Shown here one piece after another: positions 17,690 through 21,642 of a stretch of DNA of 21,642 nucleotides. The DNA is from Gammaproteobacteria bacterium. Its GTDB lineage: Bacteria; Pseudomonadota; Gammaproteobacteria; GCA-001735895. The notes under the pieces were generated by a model, which saw nothing but the letters and a program-made list of their open reading frames with translations, was not told where the DNA came from and did no database searches. The position numbers and the translations under genes are program-made. The first letter of the stretch is position 1; each line of letters begins with the position of its first letter. The stretch lies in NCBI GenBank assembly GCA_050298595.1, contig JBNKUM010000037.1, positions 1 to 21,642 on the forward strand, read 5' to 3'.

Positions 17690-20600
17690 TTTAGTAACTC
17701 CAGCCATGAAAATCGGCCTGTGGGTATATTGGGTAATGCGACAACCTTTGTCGGCTTGTCAGCAGTGAAAGAAATGTCTTCAATAAATCCTGGTTCGGGC
17801 AGATAGCCGTCTTGTTTGGTGGCAGCAGGTACTTTGTCATCGACCATATCTGATTCATCGACAACTCCGTCTTTGTTGTAGTCGGTTACTACTTCGAGTG
17901 GAGAACCTCCGGTCGCCATATCGACGGCGTATCGCCAGCCATAGCCTCCACCCGAACAAGGATCGACTTGCGATATAAAGCTGTTAAAAAACACAACATC
18001 CCCGCGTGCGATTGAATTGGTAACGGCCCGTTCACCAGTATCTGGCAGATCAAACCACCACCCCCAAACCTTGGAATAGTCTACGGCGTTACGAGAAATA
18101 AACCGGGCTCCATTGTTTGTAGTGACTTTCTGCTCTACCAGTGAAGCGCGGCTAAGTGGTGAAGCGCTGGAGGCAATATTCGTCCCCTTATCCCAAACAC
18201 CGTAAAAAGACTGGGTGCCTTTAGAGGTTTTATCACCGTTCACGAGATATTGTCCGGTACCGAAATAAACCATAAGGTTAGGTGCATTGGAGTTGCTTTC
18301 AAACGGGATCGTAGGATGTCTTGTGATAATCGGTTTTGCTGTAATCGGTTGTCCTGATGCTGTTTTAAACAGAGGCTCTGGTGTTTGAGCGCTCCCAAAA
18401 GCTACCCCCCACCGGGAGGTAGAGGGGGCGGATAAATCGAAAGCCCACATATTCCCCTCAAGATCGCCGGCATAGACACGATCGACGGTGCCGTTGTTAT
18501 CTGTGTCGACAAGTGCCGGGGAAGCCAGGCCATTGCGGTTTTCGGCAGAGCCTGCGCCAGTGGAGATCTCGATAAAGTCCCCATTGTCCCAGCCATCCAT
18601 TCCTTTCTCGATATCGACAATAAACAGCTTTGCTTTGCCGTCTCCGGAATCATTGTACCCGCTACCAAAGATTGCCACCCATCTACCATTGTTAGCCAGG
18701 GCGATCACTGGTCGGCTATAAGTGTAGCCAAGATTTGGAGCATCACTACTGGTGAATTCCCACATCACGATTTCATCGGCTTTGCGCTCGCTGAAATTCG
18801 ATGGGTTGGTGATATCCAGTGCATACAAGCCTCGTCCTCCACCTCTCAGAGCTCCAACCAGAACGGTGTGCCATTCGTCGCCGAAGTATATATCGGAGAT
18901 GGTGGGGGTCATGTCGACATACCAGTTATGCTGATAATCTCCTTCAGTTAGGTAGTGGTATCCCATGTGGCTCGCGGATGAGCTCAGGATATTGGGAGCA
19001 TAGGCAAGGACTTCTTTTCCATTGGTTTCTTTAAATACGTGAAGAAATCCGTCGTTGGCACCGACATAGACCATTTTATCTCTGGAAGCGGTGGACTGCT
19101 TGAAATTAGAATATCTTGATCCACTGGTTGACGGAAATGGTTCAACATCCGGCCAGCTCAGTCCAGCCTGACCGACGAAAACAGGACTGGAGTTTACAAT
19201 ATCACCCAATAAGGACTTGCGGGATCCGAACGCTTTGTTTTCATAGGTTTTGTCGCCGCGCAGGTATTCCAGACGAAGCCTACCGTAAACAGCTTTACCC
19301 TTTGCGCCTAGACGATCGGTGAGTAAATCATTCTGCATTTGTTCGCTTAATTTATTGGTGTCCCATCTAAAAGGCACACCTTGCGAGCCATTATAGGTAA
19401 TTATTTGGCGAGGATTGGCTGAAAGATCCCTTGTATCCAGCTCAGTTTCCGCGCGCCATTTGGGTTCGCTAGCCAGGGTGCCCAGGTTAGTGTCCACAAT
19501 AGGGTACGCCGCGAGGCTGCCTTGCCAGTTATCCGGGTTGAATTGTGCTATATAGACAATTGAATCAGTCGTCAGTTTGCCCGAGTTGAAGGCTACTGCT
19601 GAGGCGATCGTGGTACGGATGGAAATATCTTCAAGAGCATCGGTTAACGCGCTTACAAATTCTTCGGGGCTCTGAGCACTAAGATATTTACCGCGCCCGT
19701 TGTAGGCCGCATGCCACATGTCGTCCACTTTCTGACGATCACCTGAAGTGGCATCGGGCCACTCGAATTCGGAATCTAAAGGGTCATCTTTCAGAGGATT
19801 CAGTGTGCCTTTTAAACCAAAAGCGAGTGAATAGGTAACGAGATGCTGATGTGTAGCCTTATCCACTTTTGACTGCGGCACCTTATTATCCAAATCGTCT
19901 CTCAGGTCGTTTTCATAGTAATACATAGCTACGTCAGCCAGCGTATTCGAGACTCCATCCTCATAATTCCCCCCATCGTTAGATTCATTTTCATCACCGT
20001 CAAAGCCGCCATCATTGTTTTCACTACTGTCCGCGTTACCGACATCAGGGTCATTACCGTTCCAATATCCATCAGACATAAAAATATTGAAGTTATGCTG
20101 GCATTGCCCACCGTGGTCATTGTCAAGTATGGGGGGTATGTGGCCATTTTCCGTCGTTTTTTGCATAAAGTAGTCGCCGACCTCCTGCAGGGTTGTACGC
20201 GCAGGAGTGTTACTGCCTGTCGTCATTGCATACAGACTTGTCAACAAGCCACTTTTATTCGAGCTATCGGTCATACTGGCAGAGTCTTTCAGATGCTTCT
20301 GGTGAAGTGAATGTAGCCCCATACGAATCGAATGACTGTTATTGATTACGGTGCCAAGTCCAGCTTTGGCGGCAAACTCCCGCTTTCGATAGTATTGAAA
20401 CCAGTTGGCGAAATTCTGTAGTTCATTTTCATAGCTGCGCTCTGACGGATAACTGACAGTCGATTGTTTTATTTCAATCAAGGTATGCGGATCGGATGTT
20501 TCAAATATTCCGTCATCATCATCCTGCCAGGTGTAATAAACCGGTATAAATAAATCCTTCTCGCAGTCACAATCAGGTTCTGTGTATGTAATAACCTTGG

Positions 20601-21126
20601 TTAAATCGACAGAGTCACCAGACGAGTTGTTTGGGTCTCTGAGCGCCTTGGTTGGAGAAGCGTCATGGTAAAGCGCATTTCCTGACTCATCGACACCCGG
20701 CCAGGGCTTGTAAGTAATGGATGGATTGTAATAGAGTCTATTGCCATTATGGTTGCGCAGAACCCAGATCTTTTCATCCCATGTAGCGGAATCATTGGTA
20801 TAGTCAGCGGGGGGTATGACAAATATGCCGTTTCCCCAGTCGGGGTAGTCCCAGTCAGGATTTATATATCCCCGCAAATAATCCGCGATTATAGGAAGGC
20901 CTTGATCGGTGGTAAAATCTGTATCATCATCCTCATTGTTCTGATATATCATTTCCCAGTCCATGCTACCCGAGTCATCGTAGGTAATATGCACATTGGG
21001 CTCTACTGAAGTGGCAATAAAAAGAGGGGATTTTGGAAGTTCACCTGGGGCAGCATAGGAGCTGCTTGCAAGTATAAAAATCGAAAAACCTGCTAAAAAT
21101 GCGAATATGTAATGGCGTAACTTCAT
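17686..21126 (-). CDS. pilY1: Type IV pilus tip adhesin PilY1/PilC
   Basis: Signal peptide, vWA-like region (DDSGSM MIDAS-like, CQHNFNIFMSDG) and PilC beta-propeller motifs (LLGDIVNSSP, VYVGANDGFLH, VDRVYAGDLEGNMW, VYFGTGQY, GWWFDLP, terminal GRFSWLEL). Confidence 0.92.
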   Translation of the reverse strand: MKLRHYIFAFLAGFSIFILASSSYAAPGELPKSPLFIATSVEPNVHITYDDSGSMDWEMIYQNNEDDDTDFTTDQGLPIIADYLRGYINPDWDYPDWGNGIFVIPPADYTNDSATWDEKIWVLRNHNGNRLYYNPSITYKPWPGVDESGNALYHDASPTKALRDPNNSSGDSVDLTKVITYTEPDCDCEKDLFIPVYYTWQDDDDGIFETSDPHTLIEIKQSTVSYPSERSYENELQNFANWFQYYRKREFAAKAGLGTVINNSHSIRMGLHSLHQKHLKDSASMTDSSNKSGLLTSLYAMTTGSNTPARTTLQEVGDYFMQKTTENGHIPPILDNDHGGQCQHNFNIFMSDGYWNGNDPDVGNADSSENNDGGFDGDENESNDGGNYEDGVSNTLADVAMYYYENDLRDDLDNKVPQSKVDKATHQHLVTYSLAFGLKGTLNPLKDDPLDSEFEWPDATSGDRQKVDDMWHAAYNGRGKYLSAQSPEEFVSALTDALEDISIRTTIASAVAFNSGKLTTDSIVYIAQFNPDNWQGSLAAYPIVDTNLGTLASEPKWRAETELDTRDLSANPRQIITYNGSQGVPFRWDTNKLSEQMQNDLLTDRLGAKGKAVYGRLRLEYLRGDKTYENKAFGSRKSLLGDIVNSSPVFVGQAGLSWPDVEPFPSTSGSRYSNFKQSTASRDKMVYVGANDGFLHVFKETNGKEVLAYAPNILSSSASHMGYHYLTEGDYQHNWYVDMTPTISDIYFGDEWHTVLVGALRGGGRGLYALDITNPSNFSERKADEIVMWEFTSSDAPNLGYTYSRPVIALANNGRWVAIFGSGYNDSGDGKAKLFIVDIEKGMDGWDNGDFIEISTGAGSAENRNGLASPALVDTDNNGTVDRVYAGDLEGNMWAFDLSAPSTSRWGVAFGSAQTPEPLFKTASGQPITAKPIITRHPTIPFESNSNAPNLMVYFGTGQYLVNGDKTSKGTQSFYGVWDKGTNIASSASPLSRASLVEQKVTTNNGARFISRNAVDYSKVWGWWFDLPDTGERAVTNSIARGDVVFFNSFISQVDPCSGGGYGWRYAVDMATGGSPLEVVTDYNKDGVVDESDMVDDKVPAATKQDGYLPEPGFIEDISFTADKPTKVVALPNIPTGRFSWLELLK

Positions 21127-21642
21127 ACTTGAGTACTACTCAGATCAGTTAAAAATTCGTAACCGGTGCCCAGATACGCAGTAAGTTTTTTGATTGCAGA
21201 GGTCTGCCTATCAGTTATTCAATCTAATACAAAAGATTTCTCCTGAGATCTTGCGCAATCTATGAGAACTTCCAGTTTCGTTTCCATAATTGCTTACCCT
21301 GCACAACTTCAAGTGGGACCAGGTGCTCCTTCCTGAGCAAAGAGTAGATTTATATACTCGAGATCTGGTTCAATTGCTGACAAGAAATACGTGAAGGGCA
21401 TTCCTTTAAGTACCTGAGAATATAGAAATCCCCTCACCGGGGTCAATAACGCACAGCCGCTCAAGCATCAAAATATTTCGCTTTCTATGAACAGAACAAG
21501 AATAAAGAGAAACATGTTACAAAAAAAACTGCGCTCTATACCCCCTATGACATAACAAAACTAAACAATGGAACTAATACGGTGGATAATTCCGATGAGA
21601 GCCTGTGTTGCAGCTCCGCCTTCAAACGCCGATAGTCATCAT

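Noticed and set aside
637-21009. Numerous short antisense or alternate-frame ORFs in the track (e.g. 2353-3009, 1621-2106, 13992-14393)
   Set aside because: Nearly all overlap well-supported genes and none shows a recognisable motif, so they are treated as shadow ORFs.
21155-21175. Sigma-54 promoter upstream of pilY1 (minus strand GGGCACCGGTTACG)
   Set aside because: The -12 GC dinucleotide is not at the required GG-N10-GC spacing.
1-21642. CRISPR array, tRNA/rRNA, transposase, integrase or prophage genes
   Set aside because: No repeat-spacer periodicity, RNA-gene signature or mobile-element protein motif was seen by eye.

Overview
Gammaproteobacterial-type mosaic window with five modules. 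(1) A GC-richer acyl-CoA dehydrogenase with a LiuR-like site upstream, a truncated enoyl-CoA hydratase and an AT-richer malonyl-CoA decarboxylase. (2) A complete minus-strand Vibrio TonB2/TonB3-style operon (ttpB-ttpC-exbB-exbD-tonB-ttpD), headed by a TonB-dependent receptor and a small Cys-rich lipoprotein. (3) A divergent EamA/DMT transporter. (4) A secreted GH31-CBM20 alpha-glucan enzyme, preceded by a 50-codon ORF absent from the ORF track that resembles the 5' end of a GH13 alpha-amylase. (5) A stand-alone pilY1 plus a pilY2-like gene, with no adjacent minor pilin genes. I saw no rRNA, tRNA, CRISPR array or transposase. The best candidate for an undescribed system is the receptor + Cys-lipoprotein + dedicated TtpC-type TonB motor, whose promoter has phased OmpR-family-like repeats and no obvious Fur box. 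That call is inference, not demonstrated novelty. All family calls come from recognising motifs by eye; no database search was run.
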